From assembly GCA_964445435.1 (NCBI GenBank), contig CAYUKU010000007.1:3653-67652 (forward strand): DNA of 64,000 nt. Direction: 5' to 3'. Both the position numbers and the translations under genes were made by a program. Shown piece after piece: positions 17,786-27,700 of this stretch. This DNA comes from an uncultured Gammaproteobacteria bacterium (GTDB lineage: Bacteria; Patescibacteriota; Microgenomatia; UBA10105; UBA927). The notes beneath the pieces are model-generated. The model was given only the letters and a program-made list of their open reading frames with translations. It did not search any database and was not told where the DNA came from. Within the stretch, counting starts at the first letter, position 1. Every line of letters begins with the position of its first letter.

Positions 17786-19468
17786 TTGATATACTATGAG
17801 ATTATTATGGGCGGGCAGGAGCTTGGTCTTTCATTTGGTTCCACAGAAGAGCGCGCAGAAGCGTTTGATGCCGCGCGAAGCATTCTCGAAGCGCCGGTAG
17901 ATATTCCGCTGGAATTCCAATTGCGCCACCCCTGGCGGGAAATTCCACTTGAAGGCGTGCTTCGGATGCACAAGTCGCTTGATTTCCTCTTTGAGAGCGG
18001 CAACATGGCCGCTACCGGCTTGCCCGAGATGGGGAAAGCCGTTGATAAAAGCAGGCCGGAGAAATTCCGCCAGTTGGCAAACGAAAGCGCTGCGTATGAC
18101 CGGTTTGGTTTTATCGCAAGCGTGCAGTTATGGACCGGCTTGGGAGAATTGTACGGTTCTTTTGCCGAACTTCCGGATACGCCTGCGTCGCGGCGGGCAT
18201 GGTACCAGCGGGCCGCCCTAAGCATCAATCACGTGCCGTATCTTTCTGTCGGACAATTGTTTGAGCTTGCCAACATGGGGCCTCTTGGCTACTACCGCAC
18301 CAATGGCGGCATCGGGCGCGTTTCTGCGGAAGGAGAGTTAACCTCCGCGTTTTCCACGCTCAATGAGAGCATTCCGGAATATCCCAGGGCCTATGCGCTT
18401 ACAGTCGAGCAGGCCTACAAGAGACTTTCAGAGGTGCGGGAGTTTCGCCGCGATGATCCGTTTATGGTGTTCGTGTTCGGGGACGGGGAGGGAAAAATCG
18501 GTCAGGCCATCAAGCCGCTCGTCGAAGGCGGATTTCTGGGGGATTTCGTCCATATCGTCATGGTGGATTTATCCGGTAAACTTGTTGACGAGCAGGGGAA
18601 AGCAATCGGCAACGATGAGGTATTTCATCACATCAAGTGGGATGCGCGGCAGATTGGGGGTCTTCTGGGCAGACTGGGCAGGCCCGTCCGGGGTGTCATC
18701 ATCGCGGGCGAAGAGCTTATCGATGTCTTCTCGCCCGTCGTGATTGGGAAGCACCAGGGCAAGCTCATGGAATTGGGATACGACCTTGCGAACCCAGAGC
18801 GCATACGAACCATGGGTATGCCGCTTGATGTGACGCCCTACGGACCGTTCATAGAGAAATTTCTTGCGCTGTTTCCCCGGTATCGGGATATGGTTATGAA
18901 CGGTGATGTTCCGGAAAATCAGGGCGTGCCCATCAATATCGGATTTCTCCAAATGTTGCGGGGGATTGCCGAGAGCAAATTTGCAGGGTATTGGATGATG
19001 GGAGATTATTATGGTGGCGCGTTTGGCACATTCCGAAGAAGCGATTCGTACTTGAAGATGCTTCGTATGAATCCGCCAGTTCGTGGATATACACAGCTTT
19101 CTCCGTCTGCCGCGGTTCCGGTGCGGGTGGCGTTTGACGTCACGTGTGACCTGACGGGCGATGTCGACCCTGCGCTTCTTCAGGTCGGGTATGCCATGGG
19201 GATGCGAAAAGAGCTTCTGGCCAAGCCGTTCCAGTTTATCGACGCGGCGTACGGGAAAAGCGGATTTACTATCCCTGAGATGAAATTGTGGGTGCACAGG
19301 CTGCGCCAAAGAATTCAGCAAGGCCTGACGCCGGAGCAAACGGAATACGTGATGGCGCTCATGGGGCGGGTAGCCGATCTGACCGAGGGACGTATGAATT
19401 TCGTAGGCGCATTTGGTGATCCGAATCTCGTCCCCAGGCTCTACAATCAAACTCCCAAGGAGTGGTAA
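17786..19468 (+). CDS. hypothetical protein, 560 aa
   Basis: Long ORF with no recognised motifs. It overlaps the next ORF by 7 nt, so the two are probably an operon. Confidence 0.5.
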   Translation: MIYYEIIMGGQELGLSFGSTEERAEAFDAARSILEAPVDIPLEFQLRHPWREIPLEGVLRMHKSLDFLFESGNMAATGLPEMGKAVDKSRPEKFRQLANESAAYDRFGFIASVQLWTGLGELYGSFAELPDTPASRRAWYQRAALSINHVPYLSVGQLFELANMGPLGYYRTNGGIGRVSAEGELTSAFSTLNESIPEYPRAYALTVEQAYKRLSEVREFRRDDPFMVFVFGDGEGKIGQAIKPLVEGGFLGDFVHIVMVDLSGKLVDEQGKAIGNDEVFHHIKWDARQIGGLLGRLGRPVRGVIIAGEELIDVFSPVVIGKHQGKLMELGYDLANPERIRTMGMPLDVTPYGPFIEKFLALFPRYRDMVMNGDVPENQGVPINIGFLQMLRGIAESKFAGYWMMGDYYGGAFGTFRRSDSYLKMLRMNPPVRGYTQLSPSAAVPVRVAFDVTCDLTGDVDPALLQVGYAMGMRKELLAKPFQFIDAAYGKSGFTIPEMKLWVHRLRQRIQQGLTPEQTEYVMALMGRVADLTEGRMNFVGAFGDPNLVPRLYNQTPKEW

Positions 19469-19809
19469 CTATGACGGAAACATGCCCCGCACCACCGCCA
19501 TGGCAGGAAGATTTGGATCTCGTCGTAGCACTTCAACCGCTCGTTTTCACAAAGCCATTTGAAGCCAACATGGTCTATAAATACGTATTTAGTTTCTTCA
19601 CGAGAGAGCAGGTGGCGCAGACGGTAGAACATCTCGGATTAGAAGAGGTGCGAAGACAGTTCCGCTGGCATTATGTGAATCTCGCTGAAACATTGCTGGA
19701 AAAAGTCGGTGATCCGCGTGATGCCGATCTGACGCTTTCTGCGATACGGATCAATCTGACGAATTGGTTTCTGAAGGAGGAGTCGGAGACCCAGAGCCCA
19801 TCCACGTGA
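19462..19809 (+). CDS. hypothetical protein, 115 aa
   Basis: It is translationally coupled to the upstream gene. Confidence 0.4.
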   Translation: MVTMTETCPAPPPWQEDLDLVVALQPLVFTKPFEANMVYKYVFSFFTREQVAQTVEHLGLEEVRRQFRWHYVNLAETLLEKVGDPRDADLTLSAIRINLTNWFLKEESETQSPST

Positions 19810-20170
19810 GGCCGACATCGCGTGATGAGGCTTTTTTCGCAAGCGTTGCTGCGGCATCATACTGGCCCTGCTGGATGAGGTTGCGCACGTTTTCGAGGGC
19901 CTGGCTCGTGACGTTGGTCTCGTAGTCGCGCACATGTGGAAGCACGATGGGAGCAAGCTCCGGCATGGTGTCGTCCAGAAGCGGAATCGCTTTGTAGAGC
20001 TCCTCAAACGACATGCCGACTTTCAGGATATCCAGTGTCCGCTGGGCGATGGCTTTTGCCCGCACGTCATTAATCTCTCCGGCCTCCATCTTGGCCTGGA
20101 GAAACTCCACAACTTCCAGTTCTATCTGCTCTCGCAGTTCATCGGGGGTCATGGATCTAGTATGGCGCAA
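19751..20170 (-). CDS. hypothetical helical protein (139 aa; start uncertain)
   Basis: ORF whose 3' end overlaps, in convergent orientation, the last ~59 nt of the 19462..19809 gene. One of the two is probably mis-extended. Confidence 0.3.
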   Translation of the reverse strand: MRHTRSMTPDELREQIELEVVEFLQAKMEAGEINDVRAKAIAQRTLDILKVGMSFEELYKAIPLLDDTMPELAPIVLPHVRDYETNVTSQALENVRNLIQQGQYDAAATLAKKASSRDVGLTWMGSGSPTPPSETNSSD

Positions 20171-20287
20171 GGGGTGCCAGGGTTCAAGGGGAGTGAGAAA
20201 AGGAGGAAGCGCAGAGAACCAAAATACAACAAAAAACGTAGGCTCTCTGCGCCTCCAGGGTGAAATAAAAAGCGATGGTGCGGGTGG

Positions 20288-20542
20288 CTACTTGATAACG
20301 TAGCCGTTGCGCGGGCACAACTGGTCTTTGAGCACCTCGAGGTTGGTCGCGGTTTGAATAGACGCAACCCGGGTCGGGCCCAACATGGAAACATCAATCG
20401 GATTCAAGACGACTTGTTTTGGATCCTTACTGGTGTTTTCCTTGAATGTTTGGGCGCTTTCCTTGATCACCCGGATGAGTTCCGAGAGATCCATTGCCGA
20501 GGTGTTGTGAGTTGTGACTTCGCGCAGTTCTGTTGTTGACAT
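20288..20542 (-). CDS. small hypothetical protein (84 aa, MSTTELREV...)
   Basis: An internal Met is preceded by a GGAGGA RBS. The longer ORF in the track lacks an RBS. Confidence 0.4.
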   Translation of the reverse strand: MSTTELREVTTHNTSAMDLSELIRVIKESAQTFKENTSKDPKQVVLNPIDVSMLGPTRVASIQTATNLEVLKDQLCPRNGYVIK

Positions 20543-21150
20543 GCTGTCCTCCAAAATAGGGTGTGATGACACAGTCCCGCATATATCGGGATAGTCACGG
20601 ACATGAGGGTATCCGCGAGTATCCCGATATAGTTCAACGCTTGGTAATGTGCAACTCGATCTGGCCGCCCGGAGACGGGGATCGGGGTGAACCGAGAGGT
20701 AGTATAGATGATGCACTATAGGGTGTCAATATGGCCCATAGTCTTGACAAATGTGCCTTTTTGTGGTAATGTAGCGGTCTTGCCTAACTGCCGTAGGGGA
20801 GTTTTTTGTACTTTAATAAATCCGTGTCCTATGGATTATGGAGGAGATGAGGCGTCCCATTGCGGGGCGTTTTTTCGTCTCTTGCACATCCATAGTAATA
20901 CGGCATAGGAAATTCTAAATGTATTCATGATCCGCACTTCGCGGTAGGGAAGAGGAGTGTCGCTCGTCTTCTGTAGCGCGAAGTGTGTTCGTTTATTTCG
21001 CGAAACGCGTTTCGAGAAAATTCAACCACCCAACTCACCAAGGAGGCAACGGCAAGAAATTAAGGTAAGGCACGACCCAGTAAGAAGAAGTAAGAAAATT
21101 CAACCCAAAAATCCTCGCAAGAGGCGCGTCTAAGGAGCGCGAAAAACATC

Positions 21151-22005
21151 ATGAATACAATCAAACGCTTGGTTCGAAAGTCTGTGTATCTCGTCCTCGC
21201 CGCGGCCCTGCTCATTGGGGGCTTCTACGGCACTGTCAGCGGTGTGAAAGCCGCCAGTGGCACCGTGGACCTCGTCGCCGTCGGCACAGGCAACCACCAG
21301 TTGTACTACATCGGTCAGCCGGGCAATGGCTCGTGCTCGTCGGTCCGCATCCCCCTTGTGGACACGCTCTCTGATACCGCCACCTTCACCCTGCGCCCGC
21401 ACACCATGGTCACCCTGATTGAGACCAACTGGGGCGACTACTGGAAGGTCGTCAATGGCGCGGCTGTCGCGAGCACGGATGTGACTGTGACCGGGTTGGA
21501 AGCCGATTTCACCGCCACCGGCACTGTCACCGTGACTTTGCCCCATGGCATGTCGCGCGACGTGAAGGTCTGCTACGAACACGTCGGCACCGATGCGGAT
21601 GACTTGAACTGGCGCGCGTACGGACTCGGGTCTGACCCCACCGCCAACGTCGTAAAGTTGCCCTTCAAGGACGAAGGCGTGGCGTATAACCACACCCTCA
21701 ACCTCGATGCGGGCGACCACAACTTCCCTGGCGGATTCATCGGGTACCTGATTGACCCGACCGCGACCGGTTTCAAGTTCGTGGTCTACGACCAGACCGC
21801 AGTGACCGTGACCGTCTACGGCTTGCCCGGCGTCAAAGTCTCGCTGACCCCGTCCTGCTCCGGCACCACCTGCGTCGTTAACTTCCCCGATGGGACGACC
21901 CGCGCTGATTGGAGCGCCCCTTCGGTCGTGTACGACTGGGACGGCTCGGGTGATGAACCTGAGACCACGGGCGTGAACGTCACCGACACGAACGCCTTGC
22001 CCTAG
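21151..22005 (+). CDS. secreted hypothetical protein with signal peptide (284 aa), Thr/Val-rich beta-type
   Basis: The signal peptide is MNTIKRLVRKSVYLVLAAALLIGGFYGTVSGVKA. A hairpin follows the stop codon. Confidence 0.5.
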   Translation: MNTIKRLVRKSVYLVLAAALLIGGFYGTVSGVKAASGTVDLVAVGTGNHQLYYIGQPGNGSCSSVRIPLVDTLSDTATFTLRPHTMVTLIETNWGDYWKVVNGAAVASTDVTVTGLEADFTATGTVTVTLPHGMSRDVKVCYEHVGTDADDLNWRAYGLGSDPTANVVKLPFKDEGVAYNHTLNLDAGDHNFPGGFIGYLIDPTATGFKFVVYDQTAVTVTVYGLPGVKVSLTPSCSGTTCVVNFPDGTTRADWSAPSVVYDWDGSGDEPETTGVNVTDTNALP

Positions 22006-22027
22006 GCGCAAACAGACCATCTGCTAA

Positions 22028-22056
22028 GAGATCGCCCGCCCCAATGACGGGCGATC
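22028..22056 (+). terminator. hairpin (AGATCGCCCG cccc aatga CGGGCGATCT), probable terminator
   Basis: A 10-bp perfect stem lies immediately downstream of the stop codon. The U-tract is weak. Confidence 0.4.
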
Positions 22057-22195
22057 TTCTTCCCAGAAAAACAGCGGGGTTTCGTTCTGTCGTGAGACAC
22101 AACAAAAACCTATAGATTTCCTATGCCGCTGTTCCCAGTTCAGGTATTTACCTGGGCTGAGAACAGCGAATCTTCAATTTTGGTACACTACCCCT

Positions 22196-23371
22196 ATGAG
22201 TGATGAGGCCATCCTCGAAACGCATACCGATGCGCGCGCAGATATCCCGCTTGGCCCGGATCGTCCGCGACTTCTCTGGCCCCTGGACTGGGAACGGGAT
22301 GACGTGCAGGCGAAAATCCTCATGTCTGTTTCCCAGGCCTATCCGCGCGGCGGGTGGCTTCACATGGACACCCAACCGCTTCAACTCTATGCCCGGCGGC
22401 TTGCCATGATTGATGAGCAAAGCTACCACCGGTCACTGCCCGAAGTCTATGAAGATATCTACTTGGAGGAAGGGAGTTCTCCCAAAGAGCGCGTCGACCG
22501 GCTCATGGCGACGGCAGAGCTCTCACTTCCGCTTCTTGGTAGATCAGCGCCGCTTCCCGATATCCCCATAAAAGGAGAAGCGCCCCTGTCATGGTATGTG
22601 CACATCGAGCGAAGCGTCTTTGAGGGCGCAGCGGAGCTGCGGTTTATGGCCAAGAAACCGGCACTCTTCAAACGGGGAGTGTTCCTGAAGCGGGATGACG
22701 ACGGTCAACGATTGGGTGATCTCGTGGCAGATGACATACCCGTCTGGACACTGCGCTTTACCCCTGACGACAAAGATAACCCCGTGATTCTTTTTGGCGC
22801 TTCTCAGCGGGTTGCCGAATATGAACTCTTTCCCCTTCAGTCGAACCGCAACTGGTTCCGAAGTGCGTTTGGCGAAAAGCCATTTCCTCCGAATACCCCT
22901 ATCGAGGAGCAGGTAGAGGAGCTCTTTACCCGGTTTGCAAAAGGCAGGGAACGTTTCGACCCGCACATAGCGGGAGCGCGGTATCTGTTTTCCTATTTTC
23001 CCAGCGAGTATGCGGCACGGAAGGTTGAATCTGCCACGGGTTTGTCTCTGGAGCAATTGACGCTGTATGCCGGTCTTCAGTATTTGCAATCATTGGGTTT
23101 CCGTCGGTTTGCCGGCGTCGACGCCGCGTCCCAGCCGTATCTTATCGGACACAGGGAGAAAGGTGATGTCCGCGTGCCGGTTGATTATGACAAGCTGTTT
23201 GGTGATGCGTTTGAGAAGTCAGGAAACCCGCCGTTTCCGTACCGCCTGGAGACCAACGCGGGCGAGTTTAATCTTCCTGATGCGGCGCGCAAAAATCTTC
23301 CGCTTGCGTATGTACCGTTTGGTGTGGCGTTTGCACGGAATTTGTCTCAGGTAAAAGAGCGCAGAGTTTAA
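22196..23371 (+). CDS. hypothetical protein, 391 aa
   Basis: Long ORF with no recognised motifs. A palB palindrome sits 6 nt past its stop codon. Confidence 0.45.
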   Translation: MSDEAILETHTDARADIPLGPDRPRLLWPLDWERDDVQAKILMSVSQAYPRGGWLHMDTQPLQLYARRLAMIDEQSYHRSLPEVYEDIYLEEGSSPKERVDRLMATAELSLPLLGRSAPLPDIPIKGEAPLSWYVHIERSVFEGAAELRFMAKKPALFKRGVFLKRDDDGQRLGDLVADDIPVWTLRFTPDDKDNPVILFGASQRVAEYELFPLQSNRNWFRSAFGEKPFPPNTPIEEQVEELFTRFAKGRERFDPHIAGARYLFSYFPSEYAARKVESATGLSLEQLTLYAGLQYLQSLGFRRFAGVDAASQPYLIGHREKGDVRVPVDYDKLFGDAFEKSGNPPFPYRLETNAGEFNLPDAARKNLPLAYVPFGVAFARNLSQVKERRV

Positions 23372-23376
23372 AAACT

Positions 23377-23405
23377 AGCTTCGCAAGGCCAGGCCTTGCG
23401 AAGCT
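23377..23405. repeat. palB 29-nt palindrome copy
   Basis: Read directly. Confidence 0.85.
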
Positions 23406-23454
23406 AAAATTCATCACTAGCAAGCAAGGACTTTGTTTGATAGGATAGAAACCT

Positions 23455-24741
23455 GTGAACATGACCCCATATAACAAAACAACTCTTCCCAATGGCGTGC
23501 GCCTCATAACTGTCCCCATGGAGGGGGTAAATAGCGTCGCCACATCGGTCATGGTGGCCGTAGGCAGCCGCTACGAGACGCCGAAGATCAACGGCATTTC
23601 CCATTTTCTCGAGCATATGGTGTTCAAAGGCACGACCAAATATCCGACGACCGAGGATGTGAACATGATAGAACGCGCCGGAGGGCTCCAGAATGCCTAT
23701 ACCGATATTGATATCACCAATTACCATAACAAGGTGTTAGCAGTCGATTGGGAGTTAGCGCTAGAGATCAACAAAGAGCTTGCTCTGGCGCCCAAATTGG
23801 AGCAGAAGTATGTGGACAAAGAGCGCGATGTCATCCTGGAGGAAATGAAGCGCTACGATGATGAACCGGCAAGCAAGGTGGGCGAGACGTTTCATACGAT
23901 GATGTATCCGGGTACCCGTCTGGGCATGCGTATCATCGGTGAGGTCGATTCGCTCAAGTCGTCCGATGCCACAACGCTGCGGGACTACCATACCGCGTGG
24001 TACAAACCTTCTCAGATGGTGGTCGTGGTGGCCGGAAAAGTCGATGGTGTGGAACAGAAAATGAAGACGAAGGTGAACGAGTGGTTCGGCTCTCTGGCGG
24101 GCAAGCCGGCCGCCGATTTTGAGAAGGTCAAAGAAAAGCCGCAGACGTCACCCAGAGTCGAAGTCGTCACCAAACCGGACGCCCAGCAAGCACACTTGAC
24201 GCTGGGTTTTCACACGTTTGCGCGGGGATCAGATGACCGCTTCGCTTGGGCGCTTTTTAACCTCATCATGGGCGTGTCGTTTACCTCGCGGCTCTTCAAA
24301 GAAGTGCGCGAGAAGCGGGGCCTGTGCTATCACGTGCGTTCAAGTTCCGACAACTGGGCGGATACCGGGTACTGGTCAATCTATGCGGGTGTGGCAACGG
24401 CGAAGGTTGGTGAGGCCGTGAAAGCCATCGTGCATGAGGTAGCGCTTGCCGCGGATAAGGGCGTGACTGATGAAGAGCTGCGGGTGGCCAAGAAGCGACT
24501 CAAGACGATGTTTGCCTTCAAAAGCGAAGACCCTGAGTTTATGGGCGAATGGTACGGGAGGCAGGAACTTTTCCATGAGCAGGTGATTACGCTCGATGAC
24601 TATATCAAAACGATAGAAAAGATTACAAAAGAAGATATAAATGTATTAACGAAAAAATATTTCCTCGCCAAGAATCTCAACCTCGCCCTCGTGTGGAACA
24701 AGAAAGACGATCCCGCGCTCACCAAGCTCCTCACATTCTAG
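23455..24741 (+). CDS. M16 family zinc peptidase (pitrilysin/insulinase-like)
   Basis: 'ISHFLEHMVFKGT' carries the inverted HxxEH zinc motif. The length (428 aa) is typical for M16B. Confidence 0.8.
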   Translation: MNMTPYNKTTLPNGVRLITVPMEGVNSVATSVMVAVGSRYETPKINGISHFLEHMVFKGTTKYPTTEDVNMIERAGGLQNAYTDIDITNYHNKVLAVDWELALEINKELALAPKLEQKYVDKERDVILEEMKRYDDEPASKVGETFHTMMYPGTRLGMRIIGEVDSLKSSDATTLRDYHTAWYKPSQMVVVVAGKVDGVEQKMKTKVNEWFGSLAGKPAADFEKVKEKPQTSPRVEVVTKPDAQQAHLTLGFHTFARGSDDRFAWALFNLIMGVSFTSRLFKEVREKRGLCYHVRSSSDNWADTGYWSIYAGVATAKVGEAVKAIVHEVALAADKGVTDEELRVAKKRLKTMFAFKSEDPEFMGEWYGRQELFHEQVITLDDYIKTIEKITKEDINVLTKKYFLAKNLNLALVWNKKDDPALTKLLTF

Positions 24742-24753
24742 TTTCTTGTATTT

Positions 24754-27700
24754 TTATACCGGTTCGAGTCGTATGCCGTGTATATTGGCAACGCCATTAT
24801 TATCCACGGGGATCGTAAGGACGGCTACGGAGTTTATCCGGTCTTCCACTTCCTTGCCGGCGTCGGGAGTTCTGCTTCTTGGATTTACTAATCTGGTTTT
24901 CGGTTGGCGCGTGCGTTTGTCCAGAATCGCCGCGAAATCAGCATTCGCGGCGATATCTTGGGCAAATTGAATCCAGTCAGGATCACTCTCATCGATGGGC
25001 GCGTCGGTTTCGATGATGAAGGGTTTGGAAAATTCTTCACCAATAGCAACTTGGTTCTGGCGCCGGATGCGGAAGGTATACGTGGCTTTACGCGGCGGGA
25101 ATCGGTAGTCAGAGAGGATCGCTCCCATCGTGACGTGGAGCCAGTCTTCCTGGTCAAGCGCGCGCGGGAGCTGGGCGGCGACCCGGAGATCACTAAGAGA
25201 GCGGAACGGACTTGGCTTGGAATAAAATCGTTCGGAAACAAGCCGCTTCGTTTTCCCCAGGCCCGTGATGCGTCGCCAGAGGGGAGCGTCCAGTTGTGTC
25301 GGCCGCTTTTTCAGGCCCGTGAGGGCGCCGATGAGGGATGTTTCTTTCGTGGATGGGTCGGTCAGCTGCTTTTGCGCTTCCCGTATGTCTGCTGCTATCT
25401 GCCGGGCAAACCGGACAGTGCGCGGGACAATGAGGAATCCTGCCGCCGTATTTTCCGGTATGATTTCAAAAAAAGAGGAGTCGATGTTGTCTCCCCGCTG
25501 TAGTGGGATTTGACCGGCAGTTCCGCCGTAGTAGATATTCTCTTTCGGAATCTGCCGCGCGACTATCCGACCGTCTGAGCGTACCGGGTCGGTTGCGGAA
25601 ATGACCGTTGGTGTCGGGATTGTGACCCGGGCGAAGCGTTCAAGCGCAAATACTTTTTTGGGGATGCTTTCTACTTCTTCCTCGCCATCATTGAGAGATA
25701 CGGCGATTCTGATGTTGCGTTGACTTACGGATACGATTCGTGTTTTGACTACACCCAACCGGGATTCGAACACGCAGCCTGCCACGAGGTACTGTGGACG
25801 GATGGTTCCGTTGACGGTGTAGATATCCTCCTCATCGACGACACGTTTGGCAAACAGCCGCCGGTCAACGATTTGTGGAGAACGGTCCTGATATCCGGTT
25901 GCGAAAATGACGCGGTCTACCGTTTTTCTTTTGACGCCGTCTTCTGCTTCCCACTGCACGGTGATGCGACCGTTGTCTTCTTCCGATATGGTAAAGGCGC
26001 GGCCTTCTTCCGGTTTGATTCGAGAATAGGTATATTCAGGCCGCGGCATGTCCAAAGAAACGCGGGCGTATCGGGGGCGTAGTTTTTCCAGGAGTCCTTT
26101 TTTGTCCGTGGCGTCTTGCCCGACCCAGGTGATGTTCTGCGGCCAGTCGAGCTGATGGACGGATGCGCTTGCATCCGGTCCGTATCCGAGAAGATCTTCC
26201 AACACCGTATAGGCGCTGTCGCCTTCACCGATGACCATGATGTCTCCGGTGAAATCACGCCGTGGGAATTCGTTGCCGCCGTTTCCCGTTGCCTTCCAGT
26301 ACCATGACGAGTGAAGTACTTTCGGGGTCATGCCGCGCGCAAGATCGAGTCGCGCACGGTCCAGAAGTTGCCGTGTGCGCGGCAATTGAGTGTCGATACC
26401 GGGGAACGCTTCTTCTCCCAGGCCGCTGAAGTTGATAACGCGGTTTGTGTAGACGATGAGTGCGCGTTCGCCGTCGGGTTCACGAATGGTGATGTTCACC
26501 GCATATTTGGCGCCGAATCGCCGTTGTGCGAGTTCACCTAAAGGCAGAATCCCAGTGACGGTTGAACGGATGAGTGTCGGAGCAGAGAGCAGGTCATTCG
26601 TCCGGATCGCTCGTGCGATGGTACGCTGCGGCGTATATGTATCACCAGTGAGATCAGGGACCTGGACGACGGCATGGGGCCCCAGGGAGTTAAGATTGCC
26701 TTTCCGGCCAGGGACACCTTCCTGCAGCCGGTTTTCCGGCCGCGTGCGGCTATTGAGGTAGTATTTCTCGGTTTCCGCCTCGGCAAACTGTCCACCCAGA
26801 CGATCCGCTCCATCTACAAGAAGCATTTCCGCCTCAGGCATCAGGTGCCGCAATTCGCTGGCAAAGACGCTTGCATGAAGGCCGCTGCCCACAACAAGCG
26901 TATCTACGACGTTATACCCGCTTCGGATGAGCGATTCGATGCGGTTGCTTTCTCTGTCCGTTGCCCGGTCGAGTGATTTGTCCATAAGCCAGCCGAACCG
27001 AACGGATTTGTATATGCCGGAGAAAAGTGCCGCGAGCGTACGGTGCGTTTCGCGGACGTCTTGGGTACTTTTCGCAAACTCCTTGCGCCTTCCGAGGATC
27101 GGGGCGATTTCGTTCTTAAACTGCCGGATGCGGGAAGCGACAGCGAAAAACTCGCGTAAAAAAGGAATCCGCAGTCGCTGCATGCGGTATTCGTGACTTT
27201 TGATTTCCGGCGGCTTGTCGCCGGGATCGTATTCGACTCTGGGATACGTGCCGTATTTCACGATAATCTCACGCGATCTGGTTGCTGCGGTTACTATGGT
27301 TTTCGTCGTTTCTTTGTTGTTTCGGATGGCTCGGTCGGTAGCGTTTTTCAATGGGGCATTGGTGGAGTCGTCCTTGTTGTACGGCAGACCGATCACCATC
27401 TTGACCACGCGGGTAATTGCTTTTACACGTTCTGTGGTCGTGCCGTCGACGATACCGGTTCGTTCGTTGTCTGTCCAGAGACGTTTCGCATCAATGGTAA
27501 GATCCTCTGCCAGGAAATCCGCTCCATCGGTGATATTTCTGTTTAGGGGTGTCGCAAGGCGGGCGAGCGAGTCGACTGCGATGATCGTAACGAGTGTTTT
27601 CTCGCTTTTCGTGAGCGGCTTTTTCGTTATGCTTTCCAGTCCGTCTGTCGTAAAGGTGCCCACTTCGGGACCGGGTTTCAACTGCGCCGTTTTCTCAATA

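Noticed and set aside
17786-19468. cGAS/DncV-like nucleotidyltransferase (CBASS) assignment for the 560-aa protein
   Set aside because: 'GDGEG...DFVHIVMVD' does not fit the GS...[DE]h[DE]h spacing, so there is no support for that assignment.
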